Positions 13,313 to 26,430 of a stretch of DNA of 64,000 nucleotides are shown here, piece by piece. Position 1 is the stretch's first letter. Each line of letters begins with the position of its first letter. Source of the DNA: Camelus dromedarius (Eukaryota); contig NC_087436.1 of the NCBI RefSeq assembly GCF_036321535.1, positions 89,592,001 through 89,656,000 on the forward strand, read 5' to 3'. The notes beneath the pieces are model-generated. The model ran no database searches. It worked only from the letters and a program-made list of their open reading frames with translations, and had not been told where the DNA came from. A program made the translations under genes and the position numbers.

Positions 13313-13519
13313 ATGCATTTGAAACCTTTGAAAAGTCATTGAAAATAGTTATAGTGCCTGGAAGAAAGGCAGTAGCAGTGGGTATAGATTACAGGGGATT
13401 ATGAATAATAAATGTTTGAAAGTATTATTAACGAGCATGTATTTTTCTGGCTCAGCGATTTACTCTGGGTATCCTTCAGTAGATATACACATATATGTAG
13501 TTTACAAATTAACTTAATT

Positions 13520-14230
13520 GTCTGGCAAATCCTATTGACTCTTCCTTTAAAACATATTCATAATTGACCATTTTTCACATCCTTTATCTTTCCCTCCCTG
13601 ATCTGAACCACCATACTTTCTCTGGAATTATAAAAACTTTCTAGCTCGTCTCCTTTGTTTTACACTTGACCCCCAAGCCTACCCTGCCCCCCCGGCCCCC
13701 CACAATCTTTTTAAAGCACAGCAGTCAGAATGATTATTTAAAACATTAGTTTAGTAATATCACCCCTCTTTTCAAAACCCTATGACTTCCCATTTTACTC
13801 CAGAGCTAAAGCTAAAGTCCTTAGAGAGGTGCACAGGCCCCTTGGATGCTGCACTGCTCAGTTTCACTCCTGCATCAGGACTTGAATTTGCTCCTCTCTG
13901 CTTGGAATGCACTGCCTCCAGATCCTGGATGACTCACTCCACCATACTCTTCATGGGTTTGTTTGCATATTATCTTTGCAGAGGTCTCTGACTACCCTTT
14001 TTAAAGTTGCAACCCCTTCTTAGACCAGGGTTTGTCTATCCTGCTTACTTGCTTTATTTTTCTCTATAGGATTATCATCTTCTGATACAGGATGTATAGT
14101 ATTATTTATTGTCTATATTGCAAAACTCCATTAAAGCAGAGGTTAGGGACTGTTTTTTGTTTTTTTTTCCTACCATAGGGCCTGACAAATCAGGTCTGCA
14201 GTAATTATTGTTTAAACTAATAAATTAATG
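13520..14230 (+). mobile_element. L2a-like LINE-2 3' fragment
   Basis: ggcaaatcctattgactcttcc, cacagcagtcagaatgatt, ctctgcttggaatgcactgcctccaga and ttattttctctatag-type L2 blocks. Confidence 0.7.
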
Positions 14231-14304
14231 GGATAATTCAGAGTCCTTATTCTGAAAATAATGAATTTGTTTACCACTATGGGTTTTGCATTGATTATTG
14301 GAGG

Positions 14305-14825
14305 ATATATTAGTTATCTATTGATATTTTACAAATTACCTTAAAACTCGATTGCTTCAAACAACAAATTTTTATTATCTTACAGTCTGTGGATCAAGAA
14401 TCTGAGCATGAAGTAGCTGGATGCCTTAGGATCAGGATCTTACACTTCTGCAATCCAGGTGGCAGTCAGGGCTGTCATCATTTTAAGACACAACAGGGGG
14501 AGGATCCCTATCTAAATTCACTCATATGGCTGTTTACTGGTCTCAGGGCCTGGCTGGATTTTGGCTGCACATGTCAGTTTCTTGTCCTGTGGGTCTCTCC
14601 GTAGGGCAGCTTACAATATAACAGAGGAAGAGAGGGTGCCCAAGAAAGAAGAGACAGTCTTTTTGTAACCTAATCTTGTAACTGACTTTTCATCACCTCT
14701 ACCTTATTTTATCCACTAGAAGTGAAACATTAAATCAAGGCCATGCAAAAGGGGAGGGGATTATACAAGATCATGGTTGACTCAAGGCAGGGATCACTGG
14801 GAGCTGTCTTGTGGGTGATACCACA
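14305..14825 (-). mobile_element. MLT1 (MaLR) solo LTR, MLT1F/G/H-like
   Basis: Antisense MLT1 start tattagttatctattg...acaaattaccttaaaact...aaacaacaaa and end gggatcactgggagctgtctt...ataccaca. Confidence 0.75.
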
Positions 14826-14919
14826 GTTGGCAGTGGAGACCACCTCCTCCTCCTGGATGATCAAGTCCAAGGTAAGTGTACTATTGCTCAGGCTCAAGTA
14901 GGTATTGATACCATTATTC

Positions 14920-15355
14920 TCTGGATAAAGGACATTACATATTCCACCCCATTTTTAATATGTGAGAATCCCTCTAGGATCCTTTCTAGGTGTATAATGC
15001 GTAGGTCTGAGAGAATACTCATTTTCTGCTTTATCAGTATTGCTAAGTGATTCCCCAAAGTGGTTAGTTTACCTCTTACCAGAAGAAGTGTGCAACTTCC
15101 TCCTGTTCCACATCCAAACTCTCTTACAGTTTTCATACATTTTAATATTTGCTACTTTGACGAGCATGAAGTAATAGCTCATGTTTTAATTTGTGTTTCC
15201 CTGATTACTAATCAGGTCAAACATCTTGTGTTAGCTTTTTTGTGTTTTGAGGTTTTTTGTGCGTATGATCTTTCTGTTAGTTTCTTTTGCCATTTTTTTA
15301 TCCAGTCGTTTGCCTTAATCATTTGTAGAAGTTTTTTGTATATTCTTCATACAAA
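14920..15355 (-). mobile_element. Ancient L1M (L1ME-like) fragment
   Basis: Antisense ORF2 3' motif tcatgttttaatttgtgtttccctgattactaatcaggtcaaacatctt. Confidence 0.65.
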
Positions 15356-15359
15356 TTAT

Positions 15360-15945
15360 ATCAGCCAGGGTTTAATCAGAGAGGCATAAACAGTATGAGT
15401 AGTACAGAATATAGGATTAATTATGGGAATTAGAACTGAGGCAATGGTGAGAGGTAGCAGAGAAGTTTTACAAGGCTATTGCCTTTGCATCTGGTACTCA
15501 GTTCTCAGTAAAGAAGGAAAGCTGAATGTGAAGTAAGGGAGAGCAAGGGCCAATATGAATTGGGAAGGATGCACTGGAATCATGAATATAAACTGGAACC
15601 TGTGTCTGTTTCTCACTGTCTCCAACTAAGATAACTTGTATGAGTTATGGGAGAAGTTGGTGCCTTTCATTGTAGAATGGCGCATTCCCCTGGCTTAGGA
15701 CTCAAAAAAGCTGAAGAAGAACAGGTAGGAGTTTAAATAAAGGGCCCAGGTGCTGTTCCTTATCAATCCAACTAGAGGATCAATAAGAGCAAACACGAGC
15801 TGCCGCAGGGCCTAGTGTTGTACGCCAGCCTTGGGTAAAGTGGATGGTGGCTCATGACCGCCATCCCTGTCTCATGCATTTCTCTCTTGTGGCCAGTCCT
15901 AACCTGAAACCACAGAGGGAATGAATTCTGGAAAAAGTAGATGGA
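15360..15945 (-). mobile_element. Ancient ERVL-type LTR (LTR33/LTR16/LTR41-like)
   Basis: cagggtttaatcagagaggc start and tggccagtcctaacctgaaaccacagagggaatgaattctggaaaaagtag end typical of antisense old ERVL LTRs. Confidence 0.5.
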
Positions 15946-18900
15946 TATCTATGATTAGCCATGGGCTAGTTAAGTGACAGGGAAGCCATCTAAAAGTGAA
16001 AATAGAAGTAGAATCTGCTTCTCTTGACTTTTGGTCTATTGCTCCATTAGAAATTTTACATGATTTTTAAGAAAAGACAGCCCTGATCTTATCCCATGCG
16101 ATGATGGTAAATTGATAAATAAATGTTGTGGCTGAATGCCAACTATTGGGATTGGAAATGTAAAGAATTAGGCTGGAGAATAGGACCAAAAGGGTGATGT
16201 GTGTTTGATCAGTCTAATTTATGTGCAGCGACTTTAATGGGATTTGAATATGAGGTCCAGCATTTACTAGTTCTTGCTTCGTGGCACAACCATATAGTTT
16301 AAGCTAATAACAATGAAAAGAACTATCCCAAAAAACTATAAATTCTGGTCTCAGGTATAAACAATAAATAAAGAGATATCTCTGTGTCAGAGTTTTCACT
16401 CACGTACTTAACTGATGTCACAGATGCACAGTGTGCCATCTTCAAAGATGTGATGTAAGAAAAGTGGAGTGGAGATTGTAAGCTAGTTATTAGTAGCCAT
16501 TGTTAAAACAGATTTCAATAGAGAATTCCCCCATTACAGAGAGTTTTCTGCTAAATTTAGAAATTGTTTAAATAAGTATCATGGTAGTTCCTCATCTGTT
16601 ACAAGTATAAAAAATGGCATAGATGTACGACATAACATCATCAAATCTTTCATGTTTTGCAGTAACAGCAGTTGCTTTCCTGGGGGATGACATTAATTTG
16701 AGCAGTATCTCTTATTTTCCAATAACCTTTTACATTACAATAAAATCTGCAACTTCATTTTCTTCCCCTATCTGGAAACCATAGAAACCAATGTGAAATT
16801 ATAGCTAAGAAGTTCGTCACTGGGCTATCTCAAGCTGATCTCCATGGAAACATTTCACATTTTCTTGAAATGAAAGATCTTCCAATCAGACACACAACCA
16901 TAACTGATGGGTGTCTGATAAATATACCAACAACAACAACAAAAGTGTATGGATATTTTATTAGATAATACATTCAGGAGTTTTAAAACTACTTTACAAA
17001 TAAAAATGTTTAAATGGTAAGATGCCAACTACAGGGAAAATGCAGTTTTGAAAACAGTATTCCATCACTCTATTTAAATATTATTCTTTCTAGATTTTTG
17101 CATTAAAGGCAACTTCCTAAAATAGGAAGTTCTGACTTTGAATTCAGAAGTATCTATATTCAGAGCCTAAGTGTGCCCCTTAGCTAACTGGCTCATCTCC
17201 CCCATTGTTTTATTTATGAAGTTGAGGGAAATAATACCTGATTTACAGATGTCGTTTGCTTGTGAGTTAAGCTAAATGCTTAATAAGCAATTATAAATTT
17301 GTATCTGGTTAAATGAATAAATAAGTGATGGAAGTATCGATAAGGATGAGGATGACATTGAGGAGGAGGAGTTCAGCCCTTTAATGAATGATTAAGAGAT
17401 AGTATTGTTTTAGGTGATAGACCCTAAGTAGGAATGTCATGATGTCTAATGTCAAGAGCTTTGACTATGATTTGACTTTGATAATACAAAGACTGTCCAT
17501 AGTTCAAAATTTGAATGATCTCCAAAAATTTATTTTTAACATTGTTGTTTGGAGCTTGGGTCACATGAATGGGGTAGGGAAGGGGCTTAATCATATTAAA
17601 GGAATAGGCCCTAAAATAAGCCAGTAAGGTGAAAATCATATTTTCAAAATTATCTTAAATTGCACATGAAATTCAGTATGCATTTAATGTAGTGTTCTGT
17701 TATACATAGTATGTATACAGTCAATATGCCTTTACCAAGACATATCCATGGCAAATATAATTGTATAATAGACCCCCACAGAGTGTGAGGATGTGCTTTT
17801 TTGTGAGGGCAAAATGAAGCCAAGAAACCACTGAGGAACACATAGACTTACTGAGCAGAACAATGGATGGAATGTTCAGCCTCCCCTGTATGAATTCTTT
17901 TATCTTTTTTCTCTGTCATTCTGTATCTATGTCTCAATCTCTTAATTTCTCTCCTCTCAAAGTTTCCCTTTCCTCGTGTTTTTGTGTCTTTGTCTCAAAG
18001 CCCATACAGTTGAGTGATTAGATTAAATACATATATGATGTGACTCCACTATGTTACCGTGGAAACAATATTAAAATTAAGCAGCTTTTAAACTGTCTCT
18101 GTAACAGCACATGCTGAATAGTGCACGGCAAACTTCTGTGGATGCATTCAGAATTTTATTTTTCCAAAAATAGGGAAAGAAAGCAATAGGAACAAGCATT
18201 ATTTTGTGGGTTTAAAAGTCATGGGTATTCCTAAATCTATTTTAAGCACACATCATTTCATTGATTATAGAATTTCTCAAACTGTTTTTAAGGAAATAAC
18301 TAAAGATTCATAAGTCATACGTCAAATATGTTAAATGACTATACTTTTAAAAAATTGCTTACCTCAGGTTAAGATAGGTTTCTGGTTATGTTACAATTTC
18401 AAGAGCATTACATTTGACCACACACCTTTATTTCTCAATGGAATACATTCAAATGCTAAAATGTATGAAGGGTTAATGCTAGGAAAAGTTTAAATTCACT
18501 CCAATTTCTGTTTTTCACTATATGTCTACCTCCCCTACCTACTAAATAATTTGTGAACTTGACTGTTGAACTCTCAAGACTAGTAATAGAGTACTCAAGA
18601 CATTACATAATTATTACACCAGTCAATGTTCTGAGAATGCTGGTTAGGGTCCTACATCACCCTGCCAAAGTTTGTTTACTTCATACTTTCTCTAAATTAT
18701 GGTACCAAGACATTTTTTCCAGTTCTAGTAACTCTAAAAATTACTCCCTAAGAATACTGAAAAGCAGTAAAAGCTGTTTTCCCCAATGGAATAGGGTAAG
18801 ATTTCTGACCTCACACTCATTTCAAAAAAGTTATTCATTAATTAATTGCTTGTAAGAAACTACCCACTTTGTATATGAGTGAAAATTAATTTTCAGTGTA

Positions 18901-19366
18901 TCTTCAAAATATGATACCTGAAATATAAGTAAATTTGAACTATCCTTGTTGTTTTCCCTAATGCAGCAACAGAATGATTTGTTGAGTGTGAGAATCATTC
19001 TGTAAATTAAAAAAAAAAAATTATTTCACCTTGTTTGAACAAACAACATTAAAATTTGGGTAATTAAAGAATCCAATCAACAAGAAAAAAAGTTTTATTT
19101 ATTTGCTCAATGTTATTCAACTTCAGTGGTCATTTCTTGAGTCATTACCTAAGAAATGAGGAAATTTAGGATGGTTGCTTCTGTAAAATTAAAAATGCTA
19201 CTAATAACTCTTAAAAGGAAGTTTCCAGGACGATTGGAAGAAGAGGAATTTTATATTCCACGCAACTACTTTTTCTGATACATTACATATAATTTTTAAG
19301 CAATATTATTTGCTTAGTCTTTACCTATTATCACATATTTATATAGTCACTTAATTAATAGAATGC

Positions 19367-19729
19367 TGCTGTAGAGTGAATGTATGCCTCCCAAAGTCAT
19401 GTTGAAGCTTAATCCCCAATGTATTTGGAGGTGTGGGGCCTTTGGGAGGTGATAGATAGTGGTCAAGATAGTAGAGTCCTCAGGCATGGGATTAGTGCCC
19501 TTATAAAGGAGATCTCAAAGATCTCACTTGCCCTTTCTGCCATGTGGGAACATAGCGAGAAGGCAGCCATCTTTAAATGAGGAAGCAGGCTCTCACCAGA
19601 CACTGAATCTGGCAGCAGCTTGATCTTGGATTCCCAGCCTCCAGGACTGTGAGACATACATTGCTACTACTGTTCATGAGCCATGCGGTCTGTGGGATTC
19701 TGTTATAGCAGCCTGAATGCATGAAGACA
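19367..19729 (+). mobile_element. MLT1A-like MaLR solo LTR
   Basis: TG...CA termini; gggattagtgcccttataaa, ctcaccagacactgaatctg, ttcccagcctccaggactgtgaga, tgttatagcagcc...aagaca; degenerate 5-bp TSD aatgc/gatgt. Confidence 0.88.
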
Positions 19730-19731
19730 GA

Positions 19732-19803
19732 TGTTTTGTATACTCTACTCATTCAAAATTAATAATTTGTTTTGTATACTCTACTCATTCAGAATTAATA
19801 ATT
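19732..19803. repeat. 36-bp tandem duplication (2 copies, 1 mismatch)
   Basis: tgttttgtatactctactcattca(a/g)aattaataatt x2. Confidence 0.95.
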
Positions 19804-20469
19804 TATTGAGTTGTGTTATGATCTTCACAGAATACAAGATCATTAACTAGTTTGTGGAATAGAATGATTAGAATTTGAAGTGGTTGTGGGAAAGAGAGTG
19901 GCAAAATAACAACAAGCATCCTCTTTTATGAATTAATCCCAAATGCATGAACGCTTTATTTGCCTTATTTGAAACCAACCACTTCGTTAAGCTCCCTGCC
20001 ACTGAGCCAGTCTCCTTTCAGAGCTAAACTTTGTAAACTTGGTAACCTTGGTAACCTTGGTAAGTTTGTCTGCAGTTAGTTAGATACAATAAGGCTAAGC
20101 TAAAGAGAGAGATCTAAATTGCAGTTTCAAGAAAATTGAAATTTATTTCCCTCTGATTTAGCAGTTCAGTGTAGGTAAACATTTCTGGGCAGTAAACAAC
20201 ACCATAACAATGACAGAAGCCACAGGATAAGCAAGGACAAATAGGAAGCATAAATAATACGAAGGAGATTTACAAGTCTCTCAAGACAAAACAGTTCAAG
20301 TTCCCCCTACCCCCAAAATAGTATGATTATAGAAACAGTAAGGTTGTGTGTGTGTGTGTGTGTTGTGTGATTGAAGTAATTTAAATACTATGAGCATATT
20401 GCAATTAAAACAAAAAAGAAATCCAAAAATTATCAAACAGAAAGTCCATGCACCTAGATTATACGTAAT

Positions 20470-21482
20470 TTATTATAAGGACTAAGTTGTCCCATGTGAT
20501 TATGGAGGCTGACAAGTCCCAAGATCTGAAGGGGATAAGTTGGCAAGCTGGAGACTGTCAACTGAAAAAAAAAAATGCACAACCTTAAAGTTGAGAAATT
20601 ATGTTTCATTCAGCATACATTTCTGAGGGCTTAAGGCTGGGATGACAGCCTGTCAGGTCGCTCTGAGGGACTGCTCCAAAGTGGCAAAGGAGGAGGATGT
20701 ATCGGAGTTTTTACAGCAAAGACCAGGTAGTCAGAACATTAAAAGATTACTGTTAATTAAAGAAAACCAGGTGTCTCAAGGAATTTAGCACTTTTCTTGT
20801 AGGGGAAGATGCAAAAGTCTGGGTTTATTGAAATCATTCCTTTGATATGCACCTAGCTATCTAGGGCCAGTATCCTGTTCTTTTTCATCCTGAGTTCCCT
20901 GGCTGGGGGGTGGGGGTGGCAGGTGTGCACCATTAGGGGTGGCTGTAGAGGCCGGGCTGCCTACTTGTCTCCATTTTGAGTTCCCTCCACTCACTGTTGG
21001 GAGCTGTGGTAGTGGCTAATGACTTGATGGCCACAGCATTCTTTGTTTACTGACGTGGCAGACAGATTTTTTTCTTTTACAAGACCAAGGAAAGCCAATG
21101 TGTAGCTCCTGTCAGAGTCCAAAGGCCCGAGAACTAGGAGAGCTAGTGATGTGATTTCCAATCTGAAAACCAGCAGACTCGAGACCCAAGAAGAGTAGAT
21201 ATTTCAGTCTGACAGCAAGGGCCAGAAAAGGCGAATGTCAGCTCAGGCAGCAGGAGAATTCCCTTTCGTATGCAGGAAGTTTAGCGTTTTCTTTTCAGGC
21301 TTTCAACTGATGGGATAAGGGCCACTCACACTAGGGAGGACAGTCTGTTTTACTCAATCTACCAATTCAAAAGCTAATCTCATTCTAAAACACCCTCATA
21401 AGCACACCCAGAATAATTACTTGACCAAATATCTGGGCACCTCTTGGCCCAGTCAAGTGGACATATAAAATTAACTATCACA
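20470..21482 (-). mobile_element. MLT2 (ERVL) LTR, split by a nested ERV1 LTR
   Basis: tgattatggaggctgacaagtcccaagatctg...gcaagctggagac | caaggaaagccaatg...cccagtcaagtggacatataaaattaactatcaca (reverse complement of the MLT2 5' end). Confidence 0.85.
20556..21081 (-). mobile_element. MER41-like ERV1 solo LTR (cetartiodactyl type) with 4-bp TSD
   Basis: TG...CA termini, perfect TSD AGAC (20552-20555 / 21082-21085); aaagattactgttaattaaagaaaaccag and gaaatcattcctttgatatgcacct resemble the recalled MER41-like consensus. Confidence 0.8.
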
Positions 21483-21484
21483 CA

Positions 21485-24400
21485 GCTTTTGGGTCAAAAA
21501 GGAAATAGAAACCAAAATTTCAGATTTTGAAAGATTGATAAGAGCAAAATACCAGAATTGATGAGATACAGATAAATTAGGTATTAGATAAAAATTTATA
21601 CATTAAATGACTATAACAAGAAAAGTGAATTAAATACCTGCTTGGGAAAAGAAAAGGAAACTTTAGAAAGAACTATATACAAGTCAAACAAATTGGAAGA
21701 ATTAAGTCAACTCTGAAATGTAACAAAACATCATTAAGAATTGATAAGATAATCCAAAGGTGAATCACTTAATTGAAATCATCAACACAATAAACAACCA
21801 CTATTAATCATACCAATTTTTTTAAAAATGTGTGGGGAGAGAAATCAAATACCAAAATTTAGAAAATGGCAATGTTTCCTTTAAATTGAGGGAAAAAAAA
21901 TGTAATAGATTACTCTGCATATCTCTATGCAAATATATTTGAAAATCTAGCAAAATATAATTTCTAGCAAAATATAATTTATCAAAAGGAATTGATTTTA
22001 AAGTATATAAAATCTAAACAGACTAATTACCATAGAATAGAGGAAGTAAACAGATGGCTCCGATTAAGAAAAAAAAAAAGAAGAAACAAAAAACCGCTGA
22101 ATGGGCCTAGCTGAGAATTTTGCTAAACTTTGGGAAAAAAAAAAAAAATCTTCAGTCTGTTTAAATTATTCTAGAACAGAAAAAAAAGAAAATTCCAAAT
22201 TTATTTTAGTAATGAAATGAGCATATTATTGACCCCAAACATTACAATTGTACCTAAAATAAAAGTACAGTCCAATCTCAGTATGGGAATAATACATGAT
22301 GATCATGTTGATTTATTCCGGGAGTGCAATGTGCAATGACGATTGAATATTAACAAACGTTTGTATAACCCATTGTATTAATAGAGCTACAGAGATAAAT
22401 CACCTGCTCATGTTCATAGACATATTTAACATATTTAAAATGTATTATGCTTTAAAGACAAAATAAAAATCTGATTCATGTGTGCGCACACACACACACA
22501 TACACACACACCTACAACCATTGGCCCCAAACTCAGCATCTTACCTAACAGGAAAACATTACTTTCTGATTAATGTCAGGCACAAAGCAAATGTGTTCTC
22601 TACATCTATTACTATGTAACATTTTCATTGCAGGAATTAGCTTATAAAATTAGTCAAGGAAATCCAATTAGAGGCATAGGAATTGGAAAGAAAGAGTTAT
22701 TCTATTTGCAGATGATAGAATTACATATGTAGAAAAACTAAAAAAAAAAAAATGATGGGGAAACTACAAACAATAAGAGAATTCCAGGGTGAGATCAGAT
22801 TATAAAATCAACATTCAAAATGATAATACCAGTGAAAAAATTCCATTTACAAAAGGGAAAGTAAATGAACACACAGAACACCTATATGTAATTTATGTCC
22901 AACAAACATATGTGTGTCTATATGAAGGAATGAAAATACATACCATGCCTTTGGACCGGTATACTCAAGGTCATATGCAGTTTAATCTTCCCTGAGATAA
23001 TTTTAACATTAAAGCTTTCCCAGGAAGTATTAAGAAACTATATTTCTTTGGAACTTGGCAAGTTGATTATAAAATTTGTTTAGCAAAGCAAATAATAATC
23101 AGGACACATGAAATCCTGTAAGTAGTGACTGACTCTCTTAGTTGTTAAAACATTTTCCAGAGTCTCTGTTTCTAAAGCACTATGTTATCATGTACAAATG
23201 GAAGCCAAACTGATAGAATAGGGAAGCCATAAATAGACATTACTACATATGGAAATTTTTTAAAAATGATAAAGATAGCATTTAAACAGTAGGGAGAAGA
23301 TGATCTTTTTAATGAGTAGTGTTGTGGTAACCAGTTAACCATAAAGAAAATAGATAAAATTGTATCCATTTCTGACACTAAATACAGAATAAATTCTCAA
23401 CTGTTTTGGATCTCTAAATACAAAAAAATGAAAATATAAAATAAGAAGAAAACATAGGGGAATTTATAACATAAGATTGAGAAAATTTTCCTAATTATGA
23501 GTCAAAATCTACATGCAAGGAGAAAAAAATTGATAAATATAACCATATAAAGAAATAACTTTTGCATTAAAAAAGTCCAGTAAGCAAAGTAAAAACCACA
23601 ATGACTAATTGGAAAAAAGTGTTTGAAAATTATGTCAGTGTAAAGAGTTACTATCCCTAACGTGTAAAAGCCTTCTGAAGCAACCTAAATGTCCATTGAC
23701 GGATGACTAGGTAAAGAAGTTGTGTCATATTTATACAATGGAATACTACTCAGCAATAAAAAAGAATAAAATAATGCCATTTGCATCAATATGGATGGAC
23801 CTGGAGATCATCATTCTAATTGAAGTAAGCCAGAAAGAGAAAGAAAAATACCATATGATATCACTCACACGTGAAATCTAAAAAAAAAAAAAGAAAAAGA
23901 AAGAAAAAAGAGGACACTAATGAACTCACCTACAGAACAGAAACAGACTCACAGACATAGCAAACAATTTTATGGTTACCAGGGAAAAAAGGGAGTCAGT
24001 CAGAAGGAATAAATTTGGAAGTTTGAGATTTACAAAGGTTAACCACAATATATAAAAATAGATTAAAAAACAGATTTCTTCTGTATAGCACAGGGAACTA
24101 TATTCAATATTTGTAATAACCTTTAATGAAAAATAATATGAAAACAAAGATATATATACACACACACACACACATACATATATATATGCGTGACTGGACA
24201 TTATACTGTGTACCAGAAATGGACACACTGTAACTGACTACAGTTTTTAAAAAAGCTTCCTGAAAGTAGAGAAGCAAAAGACCAATGGGCAAAAGAGATA
24301 CGAACGGATACTTCATAGAAAAAAAAATGCAAATAGCCCTTATATATATGAAAATAAAACTTTCCGTAAGAGAAATGTGCTAATTAAAGCTAAACTAAGA

Positions 24401-24680
24401 CACTGTTTCTCACCAATCAGATTGGCAAAAACCCCAAGGTTTGACTAAACATTGATGAGGTTGAGGGAAAACAGGCACTCTCACAGATTACTATTGAGAA
24501 CGGAAAATGGTAAATCTCCCTGGAGAAGAACTTGGTAATATTCTGTACTTATCTCTCGAACCAGCAATCTCATTTCTACGAATCTGTCTCAAAATGCACT
24601 GACAAATACACGAAAAGGTATATGCGGAATGCTATTCATGGCAACACTATTTGAGATAGCAAAAAACTGTAAATAGTCAG
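21485..24680 (+). mobile_element. Ancient L1M (L1ME-like) ORF2 remnant, interrupted by a younger L1
   Basis: Degenerate RT region (ctatttgcagatgatagaattacatatgtagaaaaac ~22702) and 3' ORF2 blocks (tctcaccaatcagattggcaaaa, ccagcaatctcatttcta). Confidence 0.75.
23680..24250 (+). mobile_element. Young 5'-truncated L1 3' end (camelid-type) with TSD
   Basis: ORF2 C-terminal region (atggaatactactcagc...tggatggacctggagatc) plus 3' UTR ending gtaactgactacag and an A-tail; TSD aaaagccttctgaa (23666-23679) / aaaagcttcctgaa (24251-24264). Confidence 0.9.
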
Positions 24681-24999
24681 TTATTAAACTTTTTTTTCTC
24701 CCCTCACTTTCAAAACCCACACGTATTTGAGTGACTAGATTTGCAGTCTGGACCTCTACTAACCACCTTTCTGTTCCCTCCCTGGCTTCTGTTAGTCTGT
24801 GCCTGCAGGGGGCACTATAGCAAAACTAGAACTCAGGGAAGGAGATAAATGATGCTAGCCTTTCTAAAGGGTCTAGAGGATGTTTTGCCTCCGTTTCTTT
24901 TGAGTGTCACAACAGGCAACACTTCACTCCAACAAGAATTTGTTCCCCACTGATTTAAATACTGCTTTATCATGCACTGAACGCTTTTGTCTGGGGCTT

Positions 25000-25809
25000 C
25001 ACTTGATTATACAATTCATTTGGAAGAACAAACAATATCCAGGAAAGCCTGGACTCTTTAATAAGTAGTGTTGGACTAGCTGGTTAACTATCGGGAAAAA
25101 CAGATGAAACTGATCCCATTTATGACACTCTTCACAGGTTTGATTACAAATTGTTCTGAGACTTAAATATTTAAAAAAATGAGATCATGTAACTAGATGA
25201 AAATGGAAACACTAATATATCACAGAGGTAGTAACTATACGAAACAACATCTGTGACCAGGGAAACAAAAGGAAAAAAGTTGCGTTTATGAGAACTTGAA
25301 ATCATAAAGGTGGGGAGGGGGTGGTCAAAAGAGCTAGTTCTCAGACCTCTAAAGAAAGGGCACTGCTTAGCTGATGCTGGCACTTTTGAGCTTGGAGTCC
25401 TGCAGAACTGGCCTCCAGACCTCCAGTGAAGCGCAACGAGCAGGCTTGTGCTGTTCAGTATGGTATCTGTGAGAGCATAATAAGCATCTGTGGGTGAGAA
25501 TTAGAAAAGCTCTAAAATGGAATCAAATGCTCCCTTCAGAGAATATTAGGAAACCATCTCATTATTTCAAAAGTGGGAATAATTAAATTTAGCATCCATC
25601 TCACCTCTTCTATATGAACTCCATTAGGGGGTAAACAAATGGGGGAGAAGTCTCTTTTCATATAATTCTAGCTAGTAAGTAAAGAAAAAAAGACAGGATA
25701 TTACCATTAAATAAAAGAATGGATCTAGGCAATGATAATTAGTGACTACCTATATCACAAAAAAGAGCCTATGGGTGAGAGTACAAACAATATTGGAACT
25801 ACACTTGCC

Positions 25810-25843
<34 letters not shown>

Positions 25844-26430
25844 TTGAATATCATTCTAAGTACTGATTTAAAGAAAATAAAGAGACAGAGAAACATTTTG
25901 GACAACATCATGGCATCTCAGTAAGTAAAATCAAGACTGGGAAACTCTTTTGGGCAAATATCCAGTTTCCCCTGCAAATAATTGGCATGGGATAAAAGAG
26001 AGTGGATGGGAATGTATATATTAAGTGAAACTTAGGAGACAAAATAATAGAAATGTATGGACCTTCCTTGGATCTTGACTTAAAGAAACAAACACAAAAT
26101 ATATGAGACAATAAGGAATTTGAATACTGACTGGACATGTGATGATTTTAAAGAATTTTTTTAGATGTAATGATGATATTTTGGTTATGTTAAAATTAAA
26201 AGAATAATCATATTTTAGAAATACACCCTGAGACATTTTAAGTAAAATACTGTCTAAAATTTGCTTCAAAATAAACCCAGTGTGTGTGTTGGAGGGGGCA
26301 CATAAATGAAACAAGAATGGCCATTTGTTGAAAACTATTAAAACTTAGAATTGTGTGAATAGGAGTTCATGTTCTTATTACTTCTTTTATATTTATATAT
26401 TGTTTTTTGACATTTTCCAAAATTAAAAAT
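25000..26430 (+). mobile_element. Ancient L1M (L1MC4/5- or L1ME-like) ORF2 and 3' UTR fragments
   Basis: 3' UTR blocks tggaccttccttggatcttga, gagacaataaggaatttgaatactgactgg, aaatgaaacaagaatggcca. Confidence 0.65.
25809..25843. repeat. (CAA)n microsatellite
   Basis: About 11-12 perfect CAA units. Confidence 0.95.
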
